From: Candidatus Janibacter merdipullorum
Lineage (GTDB): Bacteria; Actinomycetota; Actinomycetes; Actinomycetales; Dermatophilaceae
DNA length: 64,000 nucleotides
Assembly (NCBI GenBank): GCA_019116945.1
Contig: DXAR01000088.1
Coordinates: 1,430-65,429, forward strand
Reading direction: 5' to 3'
This document shows, piece after piece, positions 39,143 through 48,864 of the stretch. Made by a program: the position numbers and the translations under genes. The notes under the pieces were generated by a model that saw only the letters and a program-made list of their open reading frames with translations, was not told the DNA's origin and did not search any database. Position 1 is the first letter of the stretch, and the number at the start of each line of letters is the position of its first letter.

Positions 39143-41941
39143 TCAGTCCAGCCGGTCGGCAGCGACCACACCGCGCATCACCGCGTCGACCGCCTTGCGC
39201 GCCACCCCGCGCAGGTGCGGCTGCGGGGCCGCGTCGCCCACCTGTCCGAGGAGGTCGACCACCTGCTTGCAGCGCCGCACGAAGTCGCCGGCCGTGAGAT
39301 CGGAGCCGCTGAGCACCTCGTCGAGGCGGCGACCACGCGCCCACCGGTGCACCGCCCACGCGATGCCGGCGTCGGGCTCCCCCGTCTGCGGCAGCGCGTG
39401 CGCGCTCTCCAGGTCCTCCAGCTCGCTCCACCTCCGGAGCATGTCCTCCCAGGCCTCGGTGACCCCGTCCGTGGGCAGCCGGGGAAAGGGGTCGTGCTCG
39501 TCCCGTCGCGGCTCGTGGACGAGCATCGAGACGACAGCGGCGAGCTCCGCGGGGTCGAGGCGCTGCCACGCTCCCCCGCGCAGGCACTCGGCCGCGAGCA
39601 GGTCCTTCTCCGTGTAGAGGCGCCGCAGACGGCTCCCGAGGGCGCTGACGGTCTCCCCGTCCTCGTCGAGATACCCCAGTTGGGTCAGCACGACGCAGAT
39701 CCGCTCGAAGGTCTGCGACACCGAGTTGGTCCGGTGCTCGACCTTGCGCTGGAGCGCCGAGGTCTCGCGCTGGAGCTTCCACCACCGGGCCGCCCACCGC
39801 GCGTGCACCTCCCTCTCCGGGCACTGGTGACAGGGGTGCGCCTTGAGCTCCTGTCGCAGCTGTGCGAGGCGCTCGTCCTCCCCCTTCGCGCTCTCCGTGG
39901 CGTGCTCGCGCACACTCGGTGCCTCCTCCTGGGGCGCCTTGATCCGCAGGGTCGTCGCGAGGTCGGTGCGCTGCTTCGGCGACTTGGGGTTGAAGCCCCG
40001 CGGGATGGCCAGCCGGCCGAAGGGGGCCACCGGACCGTCGAGGTCGGACGGCATGAGCCGGCGGACCTGCTTGTGCTCGGTGAGCACCGTCGGCGCAGAG
40101 GCCTCCCCCTTGTAGGAGCGCGGCGGGGCGATGACGAGAGCGAGGCCGGACCGGCGCCCCCCGATGCGGATGATGTCGCCCACGGAGAGCGACTCGAGGG
40201 AGACAGCGATCTCCGCGCGGCGGTTGGCCCCCCGCCGCTTGGCGCCCTCCTTCTCGACATCCGTGATCCGGCGGCGCAGCGCCGCGTACTCCCGGAAGTC
40301 ACCCAGGTCGCAGTGCATCGCCTCGGCGTAGGCGTCGAGCGACTCCTGCTGCTCACGGACCTTCGTCGCCAGACCGACGACCGCACGGTCGGCCTGGAAC
40401 TGGGCGAACGAGGTCTCGAGGACCTCCTTCGCCGTCTGCCGGCCCACCTGGGCCACGAGGTTGACCGCCATGTTGTACGTCGGCTTGAAGCTCGATCGAA
40501 GGGGGTAGGTCCGCGTCGAGGCGAGGCCAGCGACCGCCATCGGGTCCAGACCGCGGGACCACACGACGAGCGCGTGCCCTTCCACGTCGATGCCCCGGCG
40601 TCCGGCCCGGCCGGTGAGCTGGGTGTACTCCGCCGGGGTGATCTCGACGTGGGACTCGCCGTTGAACTTCACGAGCTTCTCGAGGACGACGGTGCGCGCC
40701 GGCATGTTGATGCCGAGGGCGAGGGTCTCGGTGGCGAAGACGGCGCGGATGCGTCCCTCGGTGAAGAGCTCCTCGACGATCTCCCGGAAGAGCGGGAGCA
40801 TCCCCGCGTGGTGGGCCGCGAAGCCGCGCGAGAGCCCCTCGACGAACTGGTGGTAGCCGAGGACGTCGAGGTCCTCCCCCTCGAGGACGGCCGCCCGCTC
40901 CTCGACGGTGCGCCGGTTGCGCTCGCCCTCACGCTCGGAGACGAGACGGACGTCGTTGGCGAGCAGCTGGCCGACCGCGCCCTCGCACCCGGCTCGGCTG
41001 AAGATGAAGGTGATCGCCGGCAGCAGGCCGTCCCGGTCGAGCTCGCGGATGACCTCGGTGCGTGACGCGGCCCCGCCGAAGCGGCCCCCTCCCCCGCGCG
41101 AGCCGCGCGGACCGGGACCGCGCCGATCCCGTCCGCCCCGGCCACCCCGACGGTCACGGCGGTGTCCCCCGCGACCGCGGCCCTCGTCCTCGGTGCCGCG
41201 GACCCGTGCGCGGATGGCGTCGAGGAGCTCGGGGTTGACCTTCGTCGGAGGGCCGGCGGCGCCCCTCCCTTCGTCGACGAAGAGGTCGTGGACGTCGCGG
41301 CCGACCTGCATGTGCTGCCAGAGCGGCACCGGCCGCTCCTCGGAGACGACGACCTCGGTGCCACCCCGGACCTCGGCCAGCCAGTCGCCGAACTCCTCGG
41401 CATTGCTCACGGTCGCCGACAGGGAGACGACCTGGACCGACCGCGGCAGGTGGATGATGACCTCCTCCCACACGGCCCCGCGGAAGCGGTCGGCGAGGTA
41501 GTGCACCTCGTCCATGACGACGAAGGCGAGGGAGTCCAGCGTCGTCGAGCCGCCGTAGATCATGTTGCGCAGCACCTCGGTCGTCATGACGACGACCGGT
41601 GCCTCGCCGTTGACCGACATGTCACCGGTGAGCAGGCCGACGTTGTCCCGACCGTGCCGCGCGACGAGCTCGTGGTACTTCTGGTTGCTCAACGCCTTGA
41701 TGGGGGTCGTGTAGAAGGCCTTCTGCCCCCGGGCGAGGGCGAGGTGGACGGCGAACTCCCCCACCACCGTCTTGCCTGCTCCCGTCGGCGCGGCGACGAG
41801 GACCCCGTGGCCGGCCTCGACGGCCTCGCACCCCTCGATCTGGAAGGGGTCGAGGTCGAAGTCGAAGGAGGCGGTGAAGGCGGCGAGCTCTCCAGGCCCC
41901 TTGCGACGAGCGGCTGCATAGCGATCGGCGGGAGAGGTCAT
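39143..41941 (-). CDS. helY: Ski2-like DEAH-box RNA helicase HelY
   Basis: APTGAGKT, MDEVH, SAT, HHAGM, QLTGRAGRRG, C-terminal DSHCT (GDFVR). Confidence 0.92.
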   Translation of the reverse strand: MTSPADRYAAARRKGPGELAAFTASFDFDLDPFQIEGCEAVEAGHGVLVAAPTGAGKTVVGEFAVHLALARGQKAFYTTPIKALSNQKYHELVARHGRDNVGLLTGDMSVNGEAPVVVMTTEVLRNMIYGGSTTLDSLAFVVMDEVHYLADRFRGAVWEEVIIHLPRSVQVVSLSATVSNAEEFGDWLAEVRGGTEVVVSEERPVPLWQHMQVGRDVHDLFVDEGRGAAGPPTKVNPELLDAIRARVRGTEDEGRGRGGHRRDRRGGRGGRDRRGPGPRGSRGGGGRFGGAASRTEVIRELDRDGLLPAITFIFSRAGCEGAVGQLLANDVRLVSEREGERNRRTVEERAAVLEGEDLDVLGYHQFVEGLSRGFAAHHAGMLPLFREIVEELFTEGRIRAVFATETLALGINMPARTVVLEKLVKFNGESHVEITPAEYTQLTGRAGRRGIDVEGHALVVWSRGLDPMAVAGLASTRTYPLRSSFKPTYNMAVNLVAQVGRQTAKEVLETSFAQFQADRAVVGLATKVREQQESLDAYAEAMHCDLGDFREYAALRRRITDVEKEGAKRRGANRRAEIAVSLESLSVGDIIRIGGRRSGLALVIAPPRSYKGEASAPTVLTEHKQVRRLMPSDLDGPVAPFGRLAIPRGFNPKSPKQRTDLATTLRIKAPQEEAPSVREHATESAKGEDERLAQLRQELKAHPCHQCPEREVHARWAARWWKLQRETSALQRKVEHRTNSVSQTFERICVVLTQLGYLDEDGETVSALGSRLRRLYTEKDLLAAECLRGGAWQRLDPAELAAVVSMLVHEPRRDEHDPFPRLPTDGVTEAWEDMLRRWSELEDLESAHALPQTGEPDAGIAWAVHRWARGRRLDEVLSGSDLTAGDFVRRCKQVVDLLGQVGDAAPQPHLRGVARKAVDAVMRGVVAADRLD

Positions 41942-41963
41942 GACCCCACGCTATGCCAGCGTC

Positions 41964-42893
41964 TCACCGCACGATCGACAACGCCCCGTGGGCCGCCTCG
42001 GCGGTGAGCGGGAGAGGCGCCACGCGCTCCCCGTCGGCGTAGGCGACGATCCCCTGGGTCGCCAGGCGGATGGTCCGGCCGCGGACGATCTCGACCGCCG
42101 GGTGGGACACGTGCGCGCCCTTGAAGACCTGCGGGAAGACGGCGAGGAAGGTGGGGACGGGGATCTCGTGGACGATGACGAGATCGAGGAGGCCGTCCTC
42201 GACATCGGCGTCGGGGGCCACCTTCATCCCGCCCCCGAAGGCGCGGCCGTTGGCGATGCAGGCGAGCATCCCGCGGACCTCGCGCTCCTCGCCGTCGACG
42301 GTGAGGTCGTAGGTGATCGGCCCGAAGAAGGGCAGCTCCCGCAGGATGGCGAGGTTGTAGCGCTGCGGTCCGCGCGGCCACGGCAGCTGGTTGGCGCGCT
42401 CGTTGACCACCGCGTCGAAGCCGCAGGAGAGGACCCCGAGGTAGTCACGGACGTGGTGGCCCTCGTCGTCGCGGACCCGTCCGAGGTCGATGCTCTGGGT
42501 GCGACCGGTGAGGATGCGCTGGACGGCGGCCTCGACATCCCGCACCGGGAGGCCGAGCTCGCGCGCGTTGTCGTTGCCCGTCCCGACGGGGACGACGCCG
42601 AGCGGCACGTCGCTGCCGGCGCAGATGTTGGCCCCCAGGCCGGCGACCCCGTCTCCGCCCGCGACGACGAGCATGTCGATGTCCTGCTCGGCGACCGCGG
42701 CCCGCGCCTTGCGCTCCGCCCTCGCGGCGTCGAGGCCGGTGAGGTCGACGACCTCCCGCCCGGCCGCCTCGAGGAGGTCCGCGACGCGCGTCCCGATCTC
42801 CTCACCACGGTGCCTGCCAGCCGTGGGGTTGACGAGGAGTCCGATCCGGGAGGCCGAGGTGGTGGGCATGCTGGAGATCCTGGAGGAGGTCAC
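41964..42893 (-). CDS. Diacylglycerol kinase family lipid kinase
   Basis: LVNPTAG, VAGGDG, PVGTGNDNAR, FGGGM, YADGE. Confidence 0.88.
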   Translation of the reverse strand: MTSSRISSMPTTSASRIGLLVNPTAGRHRGEEIGTRVADLLEAAGREVVDLTGLDAARAERKARAAVAEQDIDMLVVAGGDGVAGLGANICAGSDVPLGVVPVGTGNDNARELGLPVRDVEAAVQRILTGRTQSIDLGRVRDDEGHHVRDYLGVLSCGFDAVVNERANQLPWPRGPQRYNLAILRELPFFGPITYDLTVDGEEREVRGMLACIANGRAFGGGMKVAPDADVEDGLLDLVIVHEIPVPTFLAVFPQVFKGAHVSHPAVEIVRGRTIRLATQGIVAYADGERVAPLPLTAEAAHGALSIVR

Positions 42894-43762
42894 GTGAGCG
42901 GGGAGGCCTCGTCGTCGGCGAGGTCGGACCAGTCGGGCTCGCCGCCGGCCTTGACCCGCCGTCGGTCGATGAGCAGCGCGATCCCCACCGCGCCGAAGTA
43001 CAGCACGCAGAGGGGGCCGGCGAGGAGGAACATCGTGAAGGGGTCCGGCGTCGGGGTGATGATCGCCGAGGCGATGAAGATGAGGAGGATCGCCACCCGC
43101 CAGGACTTGAGCAGGGTCTTGCCGGACATGATCCCGATGGAGACCAGGCCGACGAGGAAGACCGGGAGCAGCCAGGCCAGGCCGAAGGCGAGTATGAAGC
43201 GGGTGACGAAGGTGAAGTAGTCACTCGCCTGCTGGATGTTGCTCGACGTCCCGTCCTCCGGGGTGAAGCCGAAGAGGATGATGAGCGCCTTGGGCAGGGT
43301 GTAGTAGGCGAAGGCGCAGCCGGTGAGGAAGAGCGGCATCGCCGTCGCGAAGACCCCCAGGGAGAGCCGCTTCTCCCGCTTCGTCAGGCCGGGGAGGATG
43401 AAGGCCCAGATCTGCCAGACCCACACCGGGCTGGAGATGATGATGCCGGTGAAGATCGAGATGCCGAAGCGGGTGGAGAAGGCGGAGGTTGCGTTGGCGA
43501 AGTTCAGCGACACGAGCGCCTCGCTGTTGCCCTCGGCGCGCGCGATCGCCTCGTACTCCTTGAAGGGCAGGGTCAGCTGCTCGTAGACCCCGGCGTAGTG
43601 CCACCCGCGGATGGTGACGCCGTCGTAGAGGATCCATCCGACGACCGCGCCGATGATGATCGCGGCCGCGGCGACCATGAGCCGGTTGCGGAACTCGAGC
43701 AGGTGCTCCTTGAGCGGCATCCGCCCTTCGGGGTCCCTGGGCGTGCGTGGTCGACGGGCCAT
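42890..43762 (-). CDS. tatC: Twin-arginine translocase subunit TatC
   Basis: MPLKEHLLEFRNRL, WAFILPGLTKREKR, ITPTPDPFTM; start could be 43795 (TTG). Confidence 0.93.
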   Translation of the reverse strand: MARRPRTPRDPEGRMPLKEHLLEFRNRLMVAAAAIIIGAVVGWILYDGVTIRGWHYAGVYEQLTLPFKEYEAIARAEGNSEALVSLNFANATSAFSTRFGISIFTGIIISSPVWVWQIWAFILPGLTKREKRLSLGVFATAMPLFLTGCAFAYYTLPKALIILFGFTPEDGTSSNIQQASDYFTFVTRFILAFGLAWLLPVFLVGLVSIGIMSGKTLLKSWRVAILLIFIASAIITPTPDPFTMFLLAGPLCVLYFGAVGIALLIDRRRVKAGGEPDWSDLADDEASPLT

Positions 43763-43787
43763 GCGGCGGGCGGGCGCGGGGGGTGAC

Positions 43788-44045
43788 TCAGGCAACCGGG
43801 CCGGACTCGTTGTCCGTGCGCGGCTTGGCCTCGTCGATGGCGTCGGTGCCGGACGTCCCGTCGTTTCGCGTGTTCTTCGCGGCCTCGCGCTGCCGGTCCT
43901 CTTCCTTCATCTCGCTGACCTCGGACTTGAAGACGCGCGCCGACTTGCCGATGCTCCGGGCGGCCTCGGGCAACTTCTTGAAGCCGAAGAGGAGGAGGAT
44001 GAGCACCAGGATGAGGATGATCTCCATCGGACCCAGATTGGGCAT
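43788..44045 (-). CDS. tatA: Twin-arginine translocase subunit TatA
   Basis: MPNLGPMEIILILVLILLLFGFKKLPEAARSIGKSARVFKSE. Confidence 0.95.
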   Translation of the reverse strand: MPNLGPMEIILILVLILLLFGFKKLPEAARSIGKSARVFKSEVSEMKEEDRQREAAKNTRNDGTSGTDAIDEAKPRTDNESGPVA

Positions 44046-44116
44046 GACTGCACCTTTCGCGTCAGGACTGGCTTCTTCAGTGTAAGCCTCGAGGCCATGG
44101 TGCCTCAGGACGTGGC

Positions 44117-45076
44117 TCAGCCGTGGTACAGGTCCAGCGTGGACAGTGAGTGAACGGCGATGGACTCCCGCAGCTCGGCCGGCTCGATGACCTCCGCACT
44201 GCCCGCGAGGCGGAGGACGAGACGCCGGAGGAAGCCCTCGTTGCTCGTCGGCATAGTGACGACGAGGTCCTCCCCGTCGGGCTGCCGATCGGTGACCGGG
44301 TAGTACTCGGCGACCCAGTGGGCACCGGGCGAGAGCCGCAGCCGGACCGCGGTGTCGGCCGGCTGGCGCTGGTAGGCGCCGGCGCTGAGGTCCCGCCCGG
44401 TGGCATCCGAAGGGGGCTCTGCCGCCACGTCGAGGACCTGCACCTCCTCGATCCGGTCGACGCGGAAGAGGCGCACGTCCTGCGCCCGGTGGCACCAGCC
44501 CTCGAGGTACCAGTGCCCGTCGACGTGGGCCAGGCGCATCGGGTCCACGTCGCGCTCGGTCCGCTCGTCCCGGCTGGGTACGTGGTAGCCGAGATGCACC
44601 CGCCGACCGGCGGTGAGGGCGTCCCGCAGCTGGGCCAGGGTGTGTCCGGCCTCGGTGTCGTCCTCGACGACGACCACCCGCTCGACGCCCGGGATGGCGC
44701 CCGTCGCCTCCTCGAGCTTGGCCAGGGCACGCTCGACGGCGCTGGACTCCCCTGCCCCCGTGGCGGCGAGGGAGCGCAGGCCGACGATGAGCGAGATCGC
44801 CTCGTCCACGGTGAGCCGGAGCGGGCGGTCGATCGTCTCGGCATTGCTGACGAAGACCCGCCCGCCCTCGTAGCTGGCCTCGATGAGCTCGTCGGGCATC
44901 GGACCGTAGCCGCACATGAAGAGGAGGTCGAGGTCCTCCCGCAGCTGCTTCTCGGTGATGCCGAGGCCGGCCGCGGCACGCTCGATCTCGATGCCCTGCC
45001 GGCTCGCCAGCCACGGCACCATCGTCAGGAGTCGCTGGACCCGGGTCGTCGCGGACTCGACCGGTGGGCGACTCAT
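44117..45076 (-). CDS. pafC: WYL-domain regulator PafC
   Basis: RLLTMVPWL, LREDLDLLFMCG, WYLEGWC...FRVDRI; synteny. Confidence 0.9.
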   Translation of the reverse strand: MSRPPVESATTRVQRLLTMVPWLASRQGIEIERAAAGLGITEKQLREDLDLLFMCGYGPMPDELIEASYEGGRVFVSNAETIDRPLRLTVDEAISLIVGLRSLAATGAGESSAVERALAKLEEATGAIPGVERVVVVEDDTEAGHTLAQLRDALTAGRRVHLGYHVPSRDERTERDVDPMRLAHVDGHWYLEGWCHRAQDVRLFRVDRIEEVQVLDVAAEPPSDATGRDLSAGAYQRQPADTAVRLRLSPGAHWVAEYYPVTDRQPDGEDLVVTMPTSNEGFLRRLVLRLAGSAEVIEPAELRESIAVHSLSTLDLYHG

Positions 45077-46062
45077 GCGCCGACCTCCTCGTGCAGGGCA
45101 GCGATGGCGCTCAACCTCTCGATGACGGCCTCGCGGAGCCCGGCGGGCTCCTCGACGACGACATCGCGGCCGTGGCTGAGGATCTCGGCGACGAAGGGGG
45201 CGACCTGGCCGTGGTCGACCGCCACCCGGTCCCACTGCTCGTCGACCGAGGTGACCGCGGTCGCGCGGCGGCGCAGCTGGTGCCCCGTGCCGACCCGGAC
45301 CCGCAGGACCGACGGGTGGGGACGCGGCTCCTGGGGGTCGGTCGCCGCGATCATCGAGACCGGGTCGAGGTCCTCGGGGACGGCCTGCGTCACCGGCTCC
45401 CCGGTCGTCGTGGCCCCCGACGTGATGCGCGAGAGACGGAAGACCCGGGTGGCCTCGCGATCGAGGTCGTACCCCACGAGGTACCACCGCCCGTGCCACG
45501 CCGTGAGGTTCCACGGCTCGACGTGGCGGGGGCGGCTCCCCCCTTCGCCCGGCCGCGCGTAGTCGAAGCGCACCGTCGCCGAGGTGAGCACCGCGTTCTT
45601 GAGGGGCTCGAAGGCCGGCTCGGCCCCGCCGAGCTGGGGCTCCAGACCGACGAAGGGCTCGGTGTCGACCTCGTCTCCGGCCGCGACCTTGCGCCACGCG
45701 GTCGCCGCCGCGCCGGCCATCGTCGCGTGGGCCCAGGCGCGGCTGGCCAGACCGACGACGGCCATCTCGTCGGCGGAGAGCTCGACCGCCGGCAGGTCGT
45801 AGTCGCGACGGTCGATGCGGTAGCCCTGCTCGTCCTCGAAGACCCCGATGTCCTCGGTGACGAGCGGGATGCCCATCGCCCGCAGGTCCTCCTTGTCCCG
45901 CTCGAACATCCGGTCGAAGGCCTCGTCCGACTCGACGACCTGGTAGGCCTCGACGAGCTGACGGATCCGGTGCTTGGGCAGGGGGATCCTCGACGAGAGC
46001 AGGCTCATCGTCAGGTTGAGCAACCGCTCGGTCTTGGCCTGCGGGGTGTTGGGTGCCGCCAC
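45073..46062 (-). CDS. pafB: WYL-domain regulator PafB
   Basis: KTERLLNL, RMFERDKEDLRAMGIP, WYLVGYDLDREATRVFRLSRI. Confidence 0.9.
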   Translation of the reverse strand: MAAPNTPQAKTERLLNLTMSLLSSRIPLPKHRIRQLVEAYQVVESDEAFDRMFERDKEDLRAMGIPLVTEDIGVFEDEQGYRIDRRDYDLPAVELSADEMAVVGLASRAWAHATMAGAAATAWRKVAAGDEVDTEPFVGLEPQLGGAEPAFEPLKNAVLTSATVRFDYARPGEGGSRPRHVEPWNLTAWHGRWYLVGYDLDREATRVFRLSRITSGATTTGEPVTQAVPEDLDPVSMIAATDPQEPRPHPSVLRVRVGTGHQLRRRATAVTSVDEQWDRVAVDHGQVAPFVAEILSHGRDVVVEEPAGLREAVIERLSAIAALHEEVGA

Positions 46063-46142
46063 GTCGCTCCCTTCGTCACGGTGAGGCTATCTCCGGTGGC
46101 GCCTGTGGTCGCGGTAGCCACCGCACACGGCATGGCGCGGTC

Positions 46143-46181
46143 GTCCCGCGAGGACATGGTCATTGCTACGCCCGCGCGCAC
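46143..46181 (+). repeat. Degenerate copy of the palindromic element, upstream flank of the DUF559-like gene
   Basis: gtcccgcgaggacatggtcattgctacgcccgcgcgcac, 29/37 identical to 47208-47244; cacggc lies 17 nt upstream in both copies. Confidence 0.65.
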
Positions 46182-46255
46182 CAACCACGTCTGGCACGGG
46201 TCACGGCTGTGGACAACTCGCGGCGCGTCCGCCGCGCGTGCGTGAGGATCGACGG

Positions 46256-47178
46256 ATGGACGCCCGACTGAGGACCCGCGCGGAGGCGCAGTTCGGGGTG
46301 TTCACCTGGCAGGACGTCACGTCGCTCCTCGTCCGCCCGTGGGAGCTACGGACGGCGATCGCGCGCGGTGAGGTCGTCCGGGTGCGTCGCGATGCGTACG
46401 TCCTCGGCGACCTGTGGCGGGATGCGCGCCCCACCGAGCGCCTGGCCCTGCGCGTCCGCGCCTGCCTGCGCTCCCGGTCGGATGTGGTCGCCACGCACCA
46501 GAGCGCCCTCGCCCTGCACGGGCTGCCCTGCTGGGGGTTGCCGACCGATGTCGTCGATGCCTGCGGCCCGGTCACCCGTACCCGGACGGTGGGTGGCCTG
46601 CGCATCCATCCCCGACCCGCGGGTCTCGAGCCGACCGACGTGGGCGGCACGGCCGCGGTGGACATCCCCCTCGCCATCGCCCAGGTGGCACAGCGGCACG
46701 GGGTGGTTCCCGCCCTCGTGGCGCTCGACCGAGGCCTGCACGAGCGGCGCTGCCGGCAGGCCGAGGTGTCGCCGCGGTCCGTCGGGTCGCGCGCAGCTCC
46801 CGCGAGACGACCCGGATGGAGGCGATCCTCGCCTTGGCCGATGCCGCGTGCGAATCCGTCGGCGAGACCCGCACGCGCATCCTCCTCGAGGATCTGGGCT
46901 ACTCCGTCAGGAGCCAGGTCACCATCAGTGACGAGGACGGCCGATTCGTCGGCCGGGTGGACTTCATGATCGGCGATGGGGTCGTCGTCGAGTTCGATGG
47001 CATGGTCAAGTACGAGGGGGCCGAAGGGCGGTCCGCCCTCGCCGCGGAGAAGCGGCGCGAGGAGCGACTGAGCGCGCTGGGGTGCGTCGCCATCCGACTC
47101 GTGTGGGCCGACCTCGACCACCCGCAGCGGATCCGCACCATGGTCGAGGCGGCTCGGCAGCGCGCACGGCGTCCCTGA
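46256..47178 (+). pseudogene. AbiEi-like N-terminal / DUF559 (Vsr-like nuclease) protein, frameshifted near 46769
   Basis: N-part AEAQFGVFT...VVRVRRDAY...ATHQSALALHG; C-part ACESVGETRTR...GRVDF...VVEFDGMVKY...EKRREERL in another frame. Confidence 0.75.
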
Positions 47179-47207
47179 CCCGGCTGGCACCACGGCCGGA
47201 CGGACAC

Positions 47208-47247
47208 GTCGCGCGCGGACGCAGTTATTGCTGCGTCCGCGCGCGAC
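47208..47247. repeat. Perfect 17-bp-stem palindrome (REP-like; may also terminate transcription)
   Basis: gtcgcgcgcggacgcag-ttattg-ctgcgtccgcgcgcgac. Confidence 0.8.
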
Positions 47248-47286
47248 AAGTGCGTCCCGGCGCGGTGGTGGCGGGGCGAAGGGAGG

Positions 47287-47673
47287 TCAGCCGACCTTGA
47301 CGAGGTCCACGACGAAGATCAGCGTCTCGCCGCCCTTGATGACATTGCCCGCGCCCTGGTCGCCGTAGCCGAGGTGCGGCGGGATGGTGATCTTGCGACG
47401 GCCGCCCTCCTTCATGCCGAGGAGCCCGTCGTCCCAGCCCTTGATGACCTGGCCGATGCCCGCGGTGAAGGCGAGCGGTGCGCCGCGGTTCCACGAAGCG
47501 TCGAACTCCTCGCCGGTGGAGTGCGCGACCCCGACGTAGTGCGCCTGGATCGGCGAGCCGGCCGTGACCTCGGCGCCGTCACCGACGGTGATGTCCTCGA
47601 CGAGGAGCTCCGTGGGCGGGGTGTCGCCGGGGAAGTCGATCTCGGGCTTGGTCGTGCTCGGGTCGAAGGGCAT
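47287..47673 (-). CDS. FKBP-type peptidyl-prolyl isomerase (cytoplasmic)
   Basis: HYVGV, FDASWNRG, VIKGWDDG, PPHLGYG, TLIFVVDL. Confidence 0.93.
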   Translation of the reverse strand: MPFDPSTTKPEIDFPGDTPPTELLVEDITVGDGAEVTAGSPIQAHYVGVAHSTGEEFDASWNRGAPLAFTAGIGQVIKGWDDGLLGMKEGGRRKITIPPHLGYGDQGAGNVIKGGETLIFVVDLVKVG

Positions 47674-47719
47674 TGCGGCTCTCTCTTCCTGTGGTCGTGC
47701 AGGGGGTTCGTGCTGCGGG

Positions 47720-48793
47720 TCAGCCCGCGCCGCCGCCGGACGCACCGGCACCGCTCGAGGTGCCGACGATGTCGACGACGAAGACGAGGTCACCGCCGGG
47801 CTGGCCGGGCTGGACCTCCTTCTCGGAACCGTAGGCCTCCTTGGCGGGGATGACGAGGAGGACGCGCGAGCCGACCTTCTGCCCGACGAGACCCTTGTCC
47901 CAGCCGGGGATGACGCCCCCTTCGCCGATGGGGAAGCTCACGGGTGCCTTGCCGGCCTTCATCGAGGAGTCGAAGACCTTGCCGTCCTTGAGGGTGGCGC
48001 CGGTGTAGGTGACGTCGATCGTGTCGCCCTTCTTCACCGTCTCGCCGTCGCCCTTGATGAGCGGCTGCACCTCGGTCTTCTTGCCGGCCTTCTTCGCATC
48101 GCCCGAGATGGTGAACTTCGCGGGCGCGTCGTCCTTCCACTCGACCTCGGGCAAGCCCTCCTTCGGCTCGACCTTGGTGCCCTCGGCCTCGGTCATCGCC
48201 TCGTCGACGACGTCGAAGTAGAGGATGAGGTCCTCGTTGGGGCCGACACCGGCGTCGGGGAAGCCCTCCTTGCCGTACATGTCCTTGGCGGGGAGCACGG
48301 CGACGCCGCTGCTGCCGACCTTCTGCCCCTTGATGGCCTTGATGAAGCCGGGGAGGATCTGGTCGCCGGAGAGGTCGAGCGCCTGCGGGCCACCTTGGGT
48401 GAAGGTGTCCAGCCCGGGCACGGACTTGCCGTCCTTGGCGGTGTACATCGCCATGTCGACCTCGACGACGGCGTCCTCGAGGGCCTTGCCCTTGCCCTCC
48501 TCGAGGACGTTGACGGTCGTCTGCGAGACGGAGACCTTGCCCCCGGGCAGGGTGAGCTTCGGCGGCTTGTCACCGCTGGCCTTGCCGACCTTGATCCCCT
48601 TGACCTTCTTGGTGTCCGCCGGCTTGGGCTCGGCGAGCGTCGGCGCCGGGCTCGAGGACGACGACGAGCTGGCGCTGGACTCGCCCTTCTTGTCGTCCCC
48701 GCCGGAGTCCGAGTCGCCTCCGCAGGCGCTGAGCGCGAGCAGGGCGGCTGCGGACGCCGCGACGGAGGTGGTGAGACGGGAAGCCTTGGGCAC
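47720..48793 (-). CDS. Two-domain FKBP-type PPIase lipoprotein
   Basis: Lipobox LSAC; two FKBP domains (ILPGFIKAI, VIPGWDKGL, IPAKEAYG). Confidence 0.88.
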   Translation of the reverse strand: MPKASRLTTSVAASAAALLALSACGGDSDSGGDDKKGESSASSSSSSSPAPTLAEPKPADTKKVKGIKVGKASGDKPPKLTLPGGKVSVSQTTVNVLEEGKGKALEDAVVEVDMAMYTAKDGKSVPGLDTFTQGGPQALDLSGDQILPGFIKAIKGQKVGSSGVAVLPAKDMYGKEGFPDAGVGPNEDLILYFDVVDEAMTEAEGTKVEPKEGLPEVEWKDDAPAKFTISGDAKKAGKKTEVQPLIKGDGETVKKGDTIDVTYTGATLKDGKVFDSSMKAGKAPVSFPIGEGGVIPGWDKGLVGQKVGSRVLLVIPAKEAYGSEKEVQPGQPGGDLVFVVDIVGTSSGAGASGGGAG

Positions 48794-48864
48794 GTGCGAA
48801 CCTCGATGGAGTGCGGGGGTGGACCGGGGGTCACCCTAACGACCGAGTCTGGATGTCTGCTGAC

